A stretch of 64,000 nucleotides of DNA from Mustelus asterias (taxonomy: Eukaryota). The position numbers were made by a program, and so were the translations under genes. The notes below the pieces were generated by a model, which saw nothing but the letters and a program-made list of their open reading frames with translations, ran no database searches and had not been told where the DNA came from. The stretch is from positions 558,001 through 622,000 of the forward strand of contig NW_027590119.1 in assembly GCF_964213995.1 (NCBI RefSeq), read 5' to 3'. This document shows, piece by piece, positions 50,934 through 63,444 of the stretch. How positions within the stretch are numbered: the first letter of the stretch is position 1; every line of letters begins with the position of its first letter.

Positions 50934-51006
50934 TGTTTCTACCTGATTTCGAAGCGGGGACTGTTTGCTTGTTTGGCGCATGTGTTAACCACTACACTAC
51001 AGAAAC
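50934..51006 (-). pseudogene. tRNA-Val pseudogene
   Basis: Equivalent position in unit 6; many substitutions. Confidence 0.75.
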
Positions 51007-52166
51007 AGCTTCAAGCACGCTAGAGCAAATCTGCCTGTCTGCAATGTTCAACTACGTTGTGTTGCTGCAGGTTCCGATGGTGAGACTGAGAGCCCATGTC
51101 ACTGAATTCAGGAAGATAATCGTTACTTTCAATCTGATTGCTCAATTTATCTCAAACATCAAAATTTTAAAGCGTTCGTCCCGCAATTATCTAAGGCAGC
51201 AATGATTTCTGCCCATTCATTAATGCATTATTCTCATCTTTCTTCGAATAATCTCAACCAACTGTACTCAGTAATGAAAGCAAATTACTGCGGATGCTGG
51301 AATCGGAAACCAAAAGAGAAAATGCTGGAAAATCTCAGAAGGTCTGACAGCAAATGTAAGGAGTGAAAAGGGCTGTCGTTTCAAATCCAGATGACACTTT
51401 GTCAAGGCTCATTTTACAATTGTACTCAGTATTTGTTTCAACATTTAGCATCAATGCATTATTTAACACACGTCTTCATTATGAATTGAATATCTCTGAA
51501 ATTGAATATCATTGAATTGCAAATATAACTGACCAACAGAAGGAATCGAATCACCGGGTAATACAGATCGCAATTTTGATATTGACCATCGCCAGCTTTT
51601 ACACAGAGTTATCTTCATTTGAATGGAAGAGATTCAAGAATTATCTGTTCGTGACACTTGAGCCTTTTTTATTATGGGCGTGAAACATTCAGGCGCATAA
51701 ATTCTGGCCATTAATAGGAAAGTCCAGTAGAACCGCACTGACTCTCGATTCCCTCATCTGTCTGAGTTTTTTTCTCTCCCTATTTCTTTGTTGTGAAGAA
51801 CGATTTCAGAAAAGAATCTTGTGGGAAATGAGTGTCATTTCCTGTAGATTACTTGTGTCAGTCTTCTGGAGCACACACTACTATTAGATATGTTTCAGAT
51901 GGTGATTAACCATATTAGTCTGCACCTATAAACCCATTAAATTCTGTCGTAGACTGAACGAGATGCGAATATGTGTCACAATCGAAACGTTTCTTTCCTG
52001 CCAGCGCGTCAAAAAATGAATCAGCATTTCTTATTTTATAGAAAACATTTGAGGCCCAGGTTTAGGGCAGAGACCATATGGCTGTAACATCGAGATTCGG
52101 AAGATGTTCAGCAATGAACTGAAATGATACAGATTTCTCTCCCCCTACATGAGAAAGCTCAATGAA

Positions 52167-52239
52167 TTTTTCTGCTCGGTTTCGGACCGGGGACGTCTCG
52201 CGTGTGAAGTGAACGTGATCACCACTTCACTACAGAAAC
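52167..52239 (-). pseudogene. tRNA-Val(CAC) pseudogene
   Basis: Anticodon loop TTCACAC; degenerate stems. Confidence 0.7.
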
Positions 52240-53470
52240 AGCTGATAAGTGACGAGAGCAAATCGGCCTGTTTGCAATGTTCAACTGTGCTGTAGTGCTG
52301 CACGTTCAAATGGTTAGACTTACAGCCCTCCTCTCCTCTGCCCCCCCCCCACCCCCCCGCCGCCCCCCCCCCCCCCCCATGTGACTTGTTTCGGGAAGAT
52401 AACCGCGACTTTCAACCTGATTACTCAACTTATCTTGAACTTCAAAACTTAGAAGCGTTCGTCTGCCAAATATCTGAGGGAGCAATGATTTCTGCTCATT
52501 CATTAATGCATCATTCTCATCTTCCTTCGAATAATCTCAACCAATTGTACTCAGTCATAAAAGCCAGTTACCGCAGATGCTGGAATCTGAAACCAAAAGA
52601 TAAAATGCTGGAAAATCTCACAAGATCTGGCAGCATCTGTAAGGAGCGAAAAGAGCTGGCGTTTCGAGTCAAGATGATACTTTGTCAAAGCTCATTGTGC
52701 AATTGTACTCAGTATTTGTTTCAATATTTCATATCAATGCATTATTTAACACATATGTCTTCATTATGAATTGAATATCTCTGAAATTGAATATCACTGA
52801 ATTGCAAACATAACTGACCAACAAAGGAAATCGAGTCACCGGGTAATACAGATCACAATTTTTTTTGATTGACCATAGTCAGCTTTTAAACAAAGTCAAC
52901 TACATTTAAATGGAAGAGTTTGAAGAATTGTCTGTTAGTGACAGTTGACCCTTTTTTATTATGGGCGTGAAACTTTCAGGCGCATAAATTCCGGCCATCT
53001 ATTGGAAAGTCCACTAGATCCGCATTAAGTCTCGATTTCCACATCTGTCTGAGTGTTTTCTTTTTCCTATTTCTTTGTTATGAAGAACGGTTTCAATAGA
53101 GATTCTTCTGGGAAATGTGCGCCATTTCCTCTAGTTCACTTACAGTAGCACTTGCGTCAGTCTTCTGGAGCACATACTACGATTAGAAAAGTTTCAGATG
53201 GTGAATAACGATGTTAGTCTGCACCTATAAACCCATTAAATTCTGTTGTAGACTGAACGTGATGCGAATATGTACACGGTGTCAAAATCGAAACGTTTCT
53301 TTCCTATCAGTGCATCAAAAAACTATCAGCATTTCTTACTTAGCAGAAAGAATTTGTGGCCAAGGTCAGAACAAAGATAATATGGCTGTCACATCGAGAT
53401 TCGGATAATGTTCAGCAACGAACTGAAATCACACAGGTTTCCCTCACCCTGCATGGGAAAGCTTAATGAA

Positions 53471-53543
53471 TGTTTCTACTCAGTTTCAAACCCGGGGCCG
53501 TTTGCGTGTGAGGCGAACATGATAGCACCTACACTACAGAAAC
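53471..53543 (-). pseudogene. tRNA-Val(CAC) pseudogene
   Basis: TTCGC-CTCACAC-GCAAA; degenerate D and T arms. Confidence 0.7.
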
Positions 53544-53669
53544 TGCTGACAGCAGACTACAGCAAATCGGCCTGCCTGCAAGGTTCAACTGCGCTGTATT
53601 TCTGCAGGTTCCAATGGTTAGACTGAGAGCCCATGTCACTTGTTTCAGGAAGATGCCCGTTACTTTCAA

Positions 53670-54486
53670 AGAACAAAGATCAGTACAGCACAGGAAACAG
53701 GCCCTCCGGCCCTCCAAGCCTGTGCCGCTGATTGGTCCAACTAGACCATTCGTTTGTATCCCTCCATTCACAGACTGCTCCTGTGACTATCCAGGTAAGT
53801 CTTAAACGATGTCAGCGTGTTTGCCTCCACAACGCTACTTGGCAGCGCATTCCAGGCCCCAACCACTCTGTGTAAAAAACGTCCCTCTGATATCTGAGTT
53901 ATACCTCGCCCCTCTCACCTTGAGCTCGTGACCCCTCGTGATCGTCACCTCCGACCTGGGAAAAAGCTTCCCTCTGTTCACCCTATCTATACCCTTCATA
54001 ATTCTGTACACCTCTATTCGGTCTCCCCTCATTCCCGTCTTTCCAGGGAGAACAAGCCCAGTTTACCCAATCTCTCCTCATAGCTAAGACCCTCCATACC
54101 AGGCAACATCCTGGTAAACCTTCTCTGCACCCTCTCTAAAGCCTCCACGTCCTTCTGGTAGCGTGGCGATCAGAACTGGACGCAGTACTCCAAATGTGGC
54201 CTAACCAGCGTTCTACACAGCTGCAACATCAGACTCCAGCTTTTATACTCTATACCCTGTCCTATAAAGGCAAGCATACCATTTGCCTTCTTCACCACCT
54301 TCTCCACCTGTGCTGCCACGTTCAAGGATTTGTGGACTTGCACACCTAGGTCCCTCTGTGTTTCTATACTCTTGATGGCTCTGCCGTTTATTGTATAACT
54401 CCCCCCGACATTCGTTCTTCCAAAATGCATCACCTTGCATTTATCTGGATTAAATTCCATCTACCATTTCTCCGCCCAATTTTCCA
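53670..54486 (-). mobile_element. CR1 3' fragment inserted in array unit 8 (subfamily of the 24631 copy)
   Basis: Splits the unit sequence tactttcaa|tctgattg; ORF2 motifs in ORFs 54170-54460 and 53835-54032. Confidence 0.92.
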
Positions 54487-55511
54487 TCTGATTGCTCAAC
54501 TTACCTGGAACATTAAAATTTAAAAGGGTTCGTCTGACAAATATCTGAGGGAGCAATGATTTCTGCTCATTCATTAATGCATCATTCTCATCTTCCTTCG
54601 AATAATCTGAACCATTTGTACTCAGCAATAAAAGCAAATTACTGCGGATTCTGGAATCGGAAACCAAAAGAGAAAATGCAGGAAAATCTCACAAGGTCTG
54701 GCAGTAAGGATAGAAAATAGCTGACATTTCGAGTCCAGATGAGACTTTGTCAATGCTCATTGTACAATTGTACTCAGTATTTGTTTCAATATTTAATATC
54801 AATGCATTATTTAACACATATGTCTTCATTATGAATTGAATATCTCTGAAATTGAACATCACTGAATTGCAAACATAACTGCCCAACAGAATGAAGCGAA
54901 TCACCGGGTAACACAGATCGCAAATTTGAGATTGACTATGGTCAGCTTTTAAACAAAGTCAACTCCATTTAAATGGAGGAGAATCAAAAATTATCTGTTC
55001 GTGACACTTGAGCCTTTTTTATTATGGGTGTGAAACATTCAGGCGCATGAATTCCGGCCCTTTACAGGAAAGTCCAGTAGATTCGCGCTGAGTCTCGGTT
55101 CCCTCATCTGTCTGAGTGGATTTTCCTGTTTCTTAGTGATGAAAAACCATTTAAAAAAAGATGCTTCTGTGAAATATGCGCCATTTCCTCTAGTTCACTT
55201 ACAGTAGCACTTGTATCTGTCTTTTTGAACACACACTACTATCAGATATTTCAAATGGTGATTAACCATATTAATCTATAAGCCCATTAAATTCTGTTGT
55301 AGTCTGAACGGGATGCGAATAAGTGCTCGGTGTCAAAATCGAACTTTCCTGTCAGTGCGTCAGAAAAAGTCGTTTCTTATTTCACAGAAAACACTTGAGA
55401 GTGATGCCAGAGCAGTGATAACATGCCTTGAACATCGGGTTTCGGATAATGTTGAGCAATAAACTGAAATCAAGCAATTTTCCCTTACCTGACCTGAGAA
55501 AGCTTAATGAA

Positions 55512-55584
55512 TGTTTCTGTGCGGTTTCGAAGCGGGGACTGTTTGCGTGTTACGCGAACGTGATAACCACGATACTACAGAAAC
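55512..55584 (-). pseudogene. tRNA-Val(AAC) pseudogene
   Basis: Unit 9 copy, substitutions in all arms. Confidence 0.72.
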
Positions 55585-56751
55585 AGCTTAAAACACGTTA
55601 GAGTAAATCTGCCTGTCTGCAATGTTCAACTACGCTGTGTTGCTGCAGGTTCCGATGGTGAGACTGAGAGCCCATGTCACTTAATTCAGGAACATAACCG
55701 TTGCTTTCAATCTGATTGCTCAGCTTATCTTAAACATCAAAATTTAAAAGGGTTCGTCCCGCAAATATCTAAGGGAGCAATGATTTCTGCCCGTTCATTA
55801 ATGCATTATTCTCATCTTCCGTCGAATAATCTGAACCATTTGTACTCAGTAATAAAAGCAAATTACTGCGGATTCTGGAATCGGAAACCAAAAGAGAAAA
55901 TGCAGGAAAATCTCACAAGGTCTGGCAGTAAGGATAGAAATTAGCTGACATTTCGAGTCCAGATGAGACATTGTCAAAGCTCATTGTACAATTGTACTCA
56001 GTATTTGTTTCAATATTTAATATCAATGCATTATTTAACACATCTGTCTTCATTATGAATTGAATGTCTCTGAAATTGAATATCACTGAATTGCAAACAT
56101 AACTGACCAACAGAAGAAATCGGTTCACTGGGTAATACAGATCTCAATTTTTTTGATTGACCATAGTCAGCTTTAAAACAAAATCAACTATATTTAAATG
56201 GAAGGGATTGAAAAGATATCTTAGTTACGCTTGAGCTTTTTTATTATGGGCGTGAAATATTCAGGCGCATAATTTCCGGCCATCTTTTGGAAAGTCCAGT
56301 AGATCCGGACTGAGTCTCCATTCCCTCATCTGTCTGAGTGTTGTTTCCTATTTCTTTGTTATGAAGAACGATTTTAAAAAAGATTCTTCAGGGAAATATG
56401 CTCCATTTCCTCTCGTTCACTTGCAGTATCACTTGTGTCTATCCTTTTGAGCACACACTACTATTGGACATGATTCAGATGGTGATTAACGATGTTAGTC
56501 TGCACCTATAAACCCATTAAACTCTGTTGTGGACTGAACGTGGTGCTATTATGTGCATTGCGTCAAAATCGAAACGTTTCTTTCCTGTCAGTGCGTCAAA
56601 AATAAATCGGCATTTCTTATTTTACAGAAAACATTTGAAGCCGAGGTCAGAGCAATGATAATATGGTTGTAAGGTCGAGATTCGGATAATGTTCAGCAAC
56701 GTACTGAAATCATACCGATTCCCCCCACCCGACATGAGAAAGCTTAATGAA

Positions 56752-56824
56752 CGTTTCAGCCCGGTTTCGAGCCAGAAACTTTGCGTGTGTTCAGCGAATG
56801 TGATAACCACTACACTACAGAAAC
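56752..56824 (-). pseudogene. tRNA-Val pseudogene
   Basis: Unit 10 copy; 5' half conserved, 3' half degenerate. Confidence 0.7.
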
Positions 56825-57648
56825 AAGAGACAGTACCACGCCTCCAATTCGCCTGACTACAATGTTCAACTCCACTGTTTTGCTGCAGGTTCTCATGGTT
56901 AGATTGAGAGCCCATGTTACTTAATACAAGAACATATCCGTCACTATCCACCTGATATCTCAACTCATCTTGAACTTCAAAATTCAAAAGCGTTCTTCTG
57001 GGAAATGTCTATGGGAGCAATGATTCCTGCTCAATCATTAATGCATCATAATCATCTTCCGTCGAATAATTTCAACCAGTTATATCCAGTATTTGTCGTT
57101 ATTCAACATTTTATATCAAACATAACTGACCAACAAAAGGAATCGAGTCACCGGTTAATAGATGTAACTAACATTCAGGCGCTTACAAAATTCTGTCCAT
57201 CGATAGGAAAGTCCAATAAATCCGCACTAAGTTTCGATTTTCTCATTTGTCTGAGTGTCTTTTTTCTATTTCTTTATTATGAGAACGATCTTTAAAAAAG
57301 AATGCTCCTTTATTTCACTTACAGCATCAGTTGTGTCTGTCTTTTTGAGCGCGCACCATTATTAGACATGTTTCAGATGGTGATTAACTATGTTAGTCTG
57401 CATCAATTAAACCAACTAAATTCTGTTGTAAACTGAAGCAGATGCTAATATGTGCACGGTGTCAAAATAGGAACGTTTCTTTCCTGACATTGCGTCATAA
57501 AATTCAGCATTTCTGATTTTCGAGAAAGCATTTGAGGCCGAGGTCAGAGCAATGATAATATGGCTGTAACATCGAGATTCGGATAATATTCAGCAAGAAA
57601 CTGAAATCATACAGACTTACCTCACCCTACATGAGAAAGTTTAATGAA

Positions 57649-57721
57649 TGTTTCTGCCTAATTTCAAACCGGGATCTTTTTTGCTTTGGAGGCGAACGTG
57701 ATAACAACTACACAACTGATA
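57649..57721 (-). pseudogene. Highly decayed tRNA-Val pseudogene
   Basis: Unit 11 position; ggcgaacgtgataac still recognisable on +. Confidence 0.6.
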
Positions 57722-59264
57722 CCGCAGGCTGCCGGTGTGTTGAAAAATGTCTGTTTGGATTTTCTGGCCGAGTCAGTGTTTTAGAGCAGGGGAAGAACCC
57801 CTGGAAATTAATTCACTTAATTCAGGATGTGAAAGAGAGTTTCACAAACTCGACCAACATACGATGCCACCACCGGGTGGCGTGACTTTCATTGCGAAGT
57901 TTTCAAGTTGGCGCCTGAGAATCAATAAATGTCTTATCTATTTGTCTCATTCAGTGAATTCATAGTGAGCAGAGAGCATGAGGATGCCACAGTAACTATG
58001 AAGCGGACAGATGAAGTCAGCAATACCCATTGAATGTCACTTGTGTTCCCTGCTGTTGCATTGGCTGGAAATAGATATTGTTCAGCTAACATAAGGAGAG
58101 ATGGAATTAGGCGCTTTGGAATCACAGAAAAATAGGCAGAGGAATCGACAGAAATGCAAGGACAATGACAAGTCAGTGAGAGAGTTAAGCGGAGACACAG
58201 TGAGAAAAATAAATAGACAAAGGGAGAAGCAATGGCTGAGATGGCAGCAGAAATTCAAGGAATATATGAAGTCAACAATATAAAGTACAATCTGATATGG
58301 GAAAGGTTTATCCTGAAACATTTACTCGATTGAACTGTGATTGTAGAGCATCAGGCCACTGGTTCATTTAAATAAGTTTAAATTTGGGGCACAGGTCAGG
58401 GCACAGTTGGTTATGTCGAGAGTGGTCATCACTAACAATGGAATTTGATCAATGTAAAAGAGTCAAAAACAAACATAGTGGTCCCCTAACAAGTAAGACA
58501 AATTATAAGGATGTTTGCAGATTTCTGAATTGGCAACTTATGATGAGAATAATGAAAGTCCTCATTCCCCAGTGCCATGCGACTTCTTGATTGATTAGTT
58601 GCAGTGGTCATGAATACGTGATGCAAGAGCTCCCTCTGTTGGTGCTGAGTGGTAAATGGCCTTCTTTCTGGAGATTCAATGTATTCATTATATTTTCAAA
58701 ATATGTTTCTGCCAAATCTTTCCTGATTTGTATTATTGTTACTGTGATGCAACCTGTAGATTTTATGACTCCTGTGAAATTGAATGCGAGTTGTTTTCTA
58801 CACAGATAGCTTTGAAATTTGCTGTTGAGTGCAATGACGGTGGGTTCAATGCCTGTAATGTTTTGAGAACTGTCCCCAATTAACAAAGAAGGCTTTTATT
58901 CCCAACCGTGGTCGCAGCCAATTGAAAAATTCCCACGACCAGGACATTAATTGTGTCGCAGCTTGAGGTATTTCCATTCACTGGTATACAGCTCACCACC
59001 GACTGGTGGAGCCAGACCAGAAAAGTGGCATGATTGTCTTTTGGAAGAATGAGTCGAGTATGGTTCTGTGCTGGATCTGCCTGACAGATTGGATTCTGCA
59101 GTTTGTTTTCTCCATTGCGGCTGTAAAGAGTTAGGTGTCAGTTGCATCTGCGGTTAACTTGGTTTCCTCTGTTTGTGTTTGAGCGGCCGAAAACTCACTT
59201 AACATCTGGCCATGAGTCTCAGCAATCCTCAGTCGCCACGAGCTCACATCTCCAGTGTTAAGCA

Positions 59265-59303
59265 GGTTTCTGAATGAGAGTGAGCTTTCTTTCTATCTCT
59301 GTG
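59265..59303 (-). other. 23-bp-spacer recombination signal sequence
   Basis: CACAGAG (59303-59297) + 23 nt + TCAGAAACC (59273-59265). Confidence 0.85.
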
Positions 59304-59400
59304 AGTCTGGACGCGCAATGATAAACGGCAGCATCAGTCAGGCTCAGATCAAATATACTTAAACTCATGAATTTGTACGAGGTCTGGAGATAGACGTAGA

Positions 59401-60510
59401 GTCATGAAGTCATAGAGGTTAACAGCATGGATCCAGGCCCTTCGGCCCAACTTGTCCATGCCGCCCTTTTTTAAAAAAATCCAAAGCTAGTCCCAATCGC
59501 CCGCATTTGACCCATATCCCTCTATACCCATCTTACCCATGTAACTGTCGAAATGCTTTTTAAAAGACAAAATTGTACCCGCTTCTACCACTACCTCTGG
59601 CAGCTTGTTCCAGACACTCACCATCCTCTGTGTGAAAAAAACTGCCCCTCTGGACACTTTTGCATCTCTCCCCTCTCACCTTAAACCTATGCCCTCTAGT
59701 TTTAGACTCCCCTACCTTTGGGAAAATATATTGACTGTTTAGATGATCCATGCCCCTCATTATTTTATAGACCTCTATAAGATCACCCCTCAACCTTCTA
59801 CGCTCCGGAGCAAAATTTCCCAGTCTATCCAGCCTCTCCTTATAACTCAAACCATCAAGTCTCGGTAGCATCCTAGTAAATCTTTCCTGCACTCTTTCTA
59901 GTTTAATAATGTCCTTTCTATAATAGGGTGAACAGAACTGTACACAGTATTCCAAGTGTAGCCTTACCAATGTCTTGTACAACTTCAACAAGACGTCCCA
60001 ACCCCTGTATTCAATGTTCTGAGCAATGAAACCAAGCACGCTGAATGTCTTCTTCACCACTCTGTCCACCTGTGGCTCCACTTTCAAGGAGCTATGAACC
60101 TGTACCTCTAGATCTCTTTGCTCTGTAACTCTTCTCAATGACCTACCATTAACTGAGTAAGTCCTGCCCTGGTTCAAACTACCAAAATGCATAACCTCGC
60201 ATTTATCTAAATTAAACTCAATCTGCCATTCGTGAGCCCACTGGCCCAATTTATCAAGATCCCGTTGCAATCCGAGATAACCTTCTTCACTGTCCACTGT
60301 GCCACCAATCTTCGTGTCATCTGCAAACTTCCTAAATATGCCTCCTTTTTTCTCACCCAAATCATTAATATAAATGACAAATAACAATGGATCCAGCACC
60401 GATCCCTGAGGCTCACCGCTGGTCACAGGCCCCCAGTTTAAAAAGCAACCCTCTACAACCGCCCTGTGGCTTCTGTCATCAAGCCAATTTTGTGTCAATT
60501 TAGCTACCTC
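59401..60510 (-). mobile_element. CR1 3' fragment inserted in the V exon of pseudogene A
   Basis: 312-aa ORF with RT C-terminal motifs (KFADDTK); TSD-like tctaYgt at 59394-59400 / 60530-60536. Confidence 0.92.
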
Positions 60511-61519
60511 CTACACAGCTACATTAGCTACATAGAAGCGACTTTTAAAAACATCTGCTTTATTTTCATAACTATCAGTATCTTTCCGCACTATAAACAC
60601 GGGCTGCGTGTCTGGATGTTGTCGGTATCAGTGCAGCCTATAGTCGCTCTCTGCTCCCTGAAAGTGGAGTCACAGGTGGACAGAGTGGTGAAGAAGCCAT
60701 TCAGCGTGCTTGGTTTCATTGCTACAGGTTAAAGTCACGATCTCGCCTTCTCTCTTCACATCTGATGTGAGCGGCTGGGTGACAGAATCTCCATGTCTCA
60801 AATATGGAAATAACAACACAGAAAATGGTCAGAAGGGTGTATGATTAATTTGTGGTCTGGAACCAAGCTTGGGAAACGTGTGAAACAGTGCAGTGTTTTT
60901 TGCACGTAATTACCTGTCAGGAATGATCCCCACAGCAGCTGCATTGCCGCTGTCGCTCTGTAAAAGGGGAGCTGCGTGTTTGATTTTATCCGGTCTAATC
61001 CCAGCCTTCAATAATCAGCTTCCTTTCTCCGGATGTTCTCAGCTCCCTCCCTTCTGTCTCCAGTGGTGCTGTGTGACACCCAGGTGGTGAGATAACAGAC
61101 AGTAACCAGACGCACCGTGAGCTGGATTAATATAATCATCCTTACAGAGACAACTTACACATTTAGCGATTGACTTGGGGAAGAATGTAGAAAAATGGGG
61201 TGCAGGAACATGAGAACAGCAGTAGGCCATTCTGTCCTTCGATTCTGCTTCGTCATTCAGTTAGATCAGGGCTGATCAGCCTGAACGCAACTTTCCGGCG
61301 CTATCTGCATAGCGCTTAATGCCATTAGGCTCCCAAAAGCTGTTGATTTTTTTGAACATGCTCAATAATTGACATTCCACAAAAAACCCTTATTTTCTTA
61401 CTGTGACCCGGAAGCTAATGGAGGCTAAATAGTTCTGTCCTTGTTTTTTTTTCTCAATACGTCCATTAGCCTTATTATCAGGACAGTTTTAACAGTGATT
61501 CCAGTGAATTTTTTCTGTG

Positions 61520-61802
61520 TGTGGGACATGGATACCACTAGTTGTCCATCGGTAGTTGAGATCAACCACATTGTTTTGGCTTTGGAGTCACGTGTCGGCC
61601 AGACCAGGTAAGGACGGCAGATTTCATCCCCCAAAGTACATGAGTGAACAAAGTGGGTTTTTCCGACAATCGACAATGGCTTCATGGTCGTCAATAGATT
61701 CTTAGTTGTTGATATTGTTTTAGTTGAATCGGGTCCGCACAACATTCGCTGAGTTTCTGGATTAATAGTCTCAGGATAATACCCCTCGGCCATCACCTCT
61801 CC
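61520..61802 (-). mobile_element. SacSINE1-like (Deu-domain) SINE
   Basis: ggagtcac..ggccagaccaggtaaggacggcagattt central segment and a tRNA-like head at the right end. Confidence 0.6.
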
Positions 61803-61925
61803 TGTTGTGAATATCAGCAATACCGAAAATGTATAGAAGCACCACAGAGTGAATCATGCTCTATTTATAGCCCAATATTATTACCATTCTCTGCTCCGTT
61901 CATCTTGTCACTCTGGGGCAATGTT

Positions 61926-63444
61926 TTTTTTCATACCAGGCTCCCTCTGGTTTCTGTCATTGCGTCTCTCAGTCCACAGTAATACACCGCGCTTTCCGAC
62001 AGCCGCAGCTCACACATGCTGAAGTTCCCCTCGCTTTTCGACCTCTCGATATATGCAGAAAATAGTGTTCCCACACCCTTTGCACTGGAAATATCTTCAT
62101 AATAAGAGATATAGATCAAGAAGATGGGGGCTTTCTCCGTTCTTTTTGCTGGGAACCTTCTCCCGGTCCTGGCGATACAATTGAATGTAATATGCACCAG
62201 CTGCTGTGCCGTTAATCTATTGGTCACCGGGGCATTGAGTTTAAAAAATGGCGAGTCCTATTGCAGCTTTATAGCACGTTAGTTAGGCCGTACTTGGAAT
62301 ATAATTTTCAATTTTGATCGCCACACTACCAGAACGATGTTGAGGCTTTGGAGAGGGTGCAGAAAAGATTTACCAGGATGTTGCCTGGCATGGAGAGCAT
62401 CAGAATCATAGAAACCCTGCAGTACAGAAGGAGGCCATTCGGCCCATCGAGTCTGCACTGACCACAATCCCACCCAGACCCTACCCCCACATGTACACGT
62501 TAATCCCTCAAACCTACGCATCTCAGAACTCTAAGGGGCAATTTTAGCATGACTAATAAACCTAACCCGCACATTTTTGGACTGTGGGAGGAAATCCGAG
62601 CACCTGGAGGAAACCCACGCTGACACGAGGAGAATGTGCTTACGCTACAGACCGTGACCAAAGCCGAGAATCAAACCCAGGTCCCTGGAGCTGTGAGGAA
62701 GCAGTGCTAACCGCTGTGCTACCATGCCGCCCATTAGCTAAGAAGAGAAGTTGGAGAAACTTGGTTTGTTCTCACTTGAACGACGGAGGTTGAGGGACGA
62801 CCTGATACAAGTCTACAAGATTCTGAGGGGCATGGCTAGAGTGGATAGTCAGAAGGTTTTTCCCAGGGTGGAAGAGTCAATTACTAAGGGGCATAGGTTT
62901 AAGGTGCGAGGGGCAAGGTTTAAAGGAGATTAATGAGGTAAGTGTTTTACACCGAGTGTGATGGGTGCCTGGAACACGCTGCCGGAGGAGGTAGTGGAAA
63001 CAGATACGATAGTGACATTTAAGGTGCGTCCGGACAAATATATGAGTAAGATGGGAATAGAGGGATATGGTCCCCGGAAGGATAGCGGGTTTTAGTTCAG
63101 TCGGGCAACATGATCGGTCCAGGCTTGGAGGGCCTAAGAGCCTGTAACTTTCTTTGTTCTTTGTTCTTTGAGTCCCATTCAAACTTCATCGCTGTAACCG
63201 GCTCCTTTGATATTGAGTCTCCAGTAGTGACACCGGCAGAAATTTAGAAATATTGAAAGTTAAGGTGTTATTATCATTCTATTGTAACTCATAACATCAG
63301 AACACGGATCACATTATCATCTACAGCAAAGCGGACCTAAATTACTGTCGACATCGCTTGCAAGAAGAAGTTTATGTCCCTTGTAGACTTACCAGGCAAA
63401 AGAGCTGAAACAGTGAGAAACGAATACAAAATGATACCCAACAT
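61926..63444 (-). pseudogene. T-cell receptor alpha/delta-type V gene pseudogene B
   Basis: Leader 63444-63393 MLGIILYSFLTVSALLP with G|GTAAGT; acceptor mutated to CG; V 63233-63169 GVTTGDSISKEPVTAMKFEWDS, CR1 insertion, then 62227-61965 with frameshifts (YYIQLYRQ in one frame; APIFLIY..LRLSESAVYYCGLR in another); decayed RSS CGCAATG-23-ATGAAAAAA (61964-61926). Confidence 0.9.
62228..63168 (+). mobile_element. CR1 3' fragment in the V exon of pseudogene B, with a nested HE1 SINE (62401-62732, -)
   Basis: CR1 ORF2 motifs either side of a SINE; (ttctttg)n tail at 63150-63168. Confidence 0.88.

Larger units (their letters stand above)
44176..57760 (-). repeat. Tandem array of 11 units (basic unit ~1.22 kb) carrying 14 tRNA-Val copies
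   Basis: Marker gtccagtaga (or close variant) at 44189, 45621, 46842, 48299, 49520, 50488, 51722, 53009, 55072, 56294, 57211. Confidence 0.95.
59265..60977 (-). pseudogene. T-cell receptor alpha/delta-type V gene pseudogene A
   Basis: Leader 60977(ACG)/60944(ATG)-60914 with G|GTAATT; acceptor mutated to AT; V pieces 60803-60724 (DLRHGDSVTQPLTSDVKREGEIVTLTC), 60653-60530 (ESDYRLH*YRQHPDTQPVFIV..SRF), 59400-59304 (YVYLQTSYKFMSLSIFDLSLTDAAVYHCASR); conserved Trp mutated to TGA. Confidence 0.9.

Noticed and set aside
44176-57760. Recurrent short ORFs in the array (MFLPGFEP.., MLKKTDTS.., MSRFVLL..) and CRISPR-like periodicity
   Set aside because: ORFs are antisense tRNA or spacer translations with variable stops; the units are kb-scale eukaryotic tandem duplications with no repeat-spacer structure or cas genes
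58945-59120. Ig-like fragments C..IHWY and DSAVCF on the + strand
   Set aside because: Cys-Trp spacing too short, pieces in different frames, no RSS or leader
60845-60880. J-segment-like W/F-x-G-T-K-L (tggtctggaaccaagctt)
   Set aside because: No 12-RSS nonamer upstream, no intact FGxG motif, and it lies antisense inside the V leader intron
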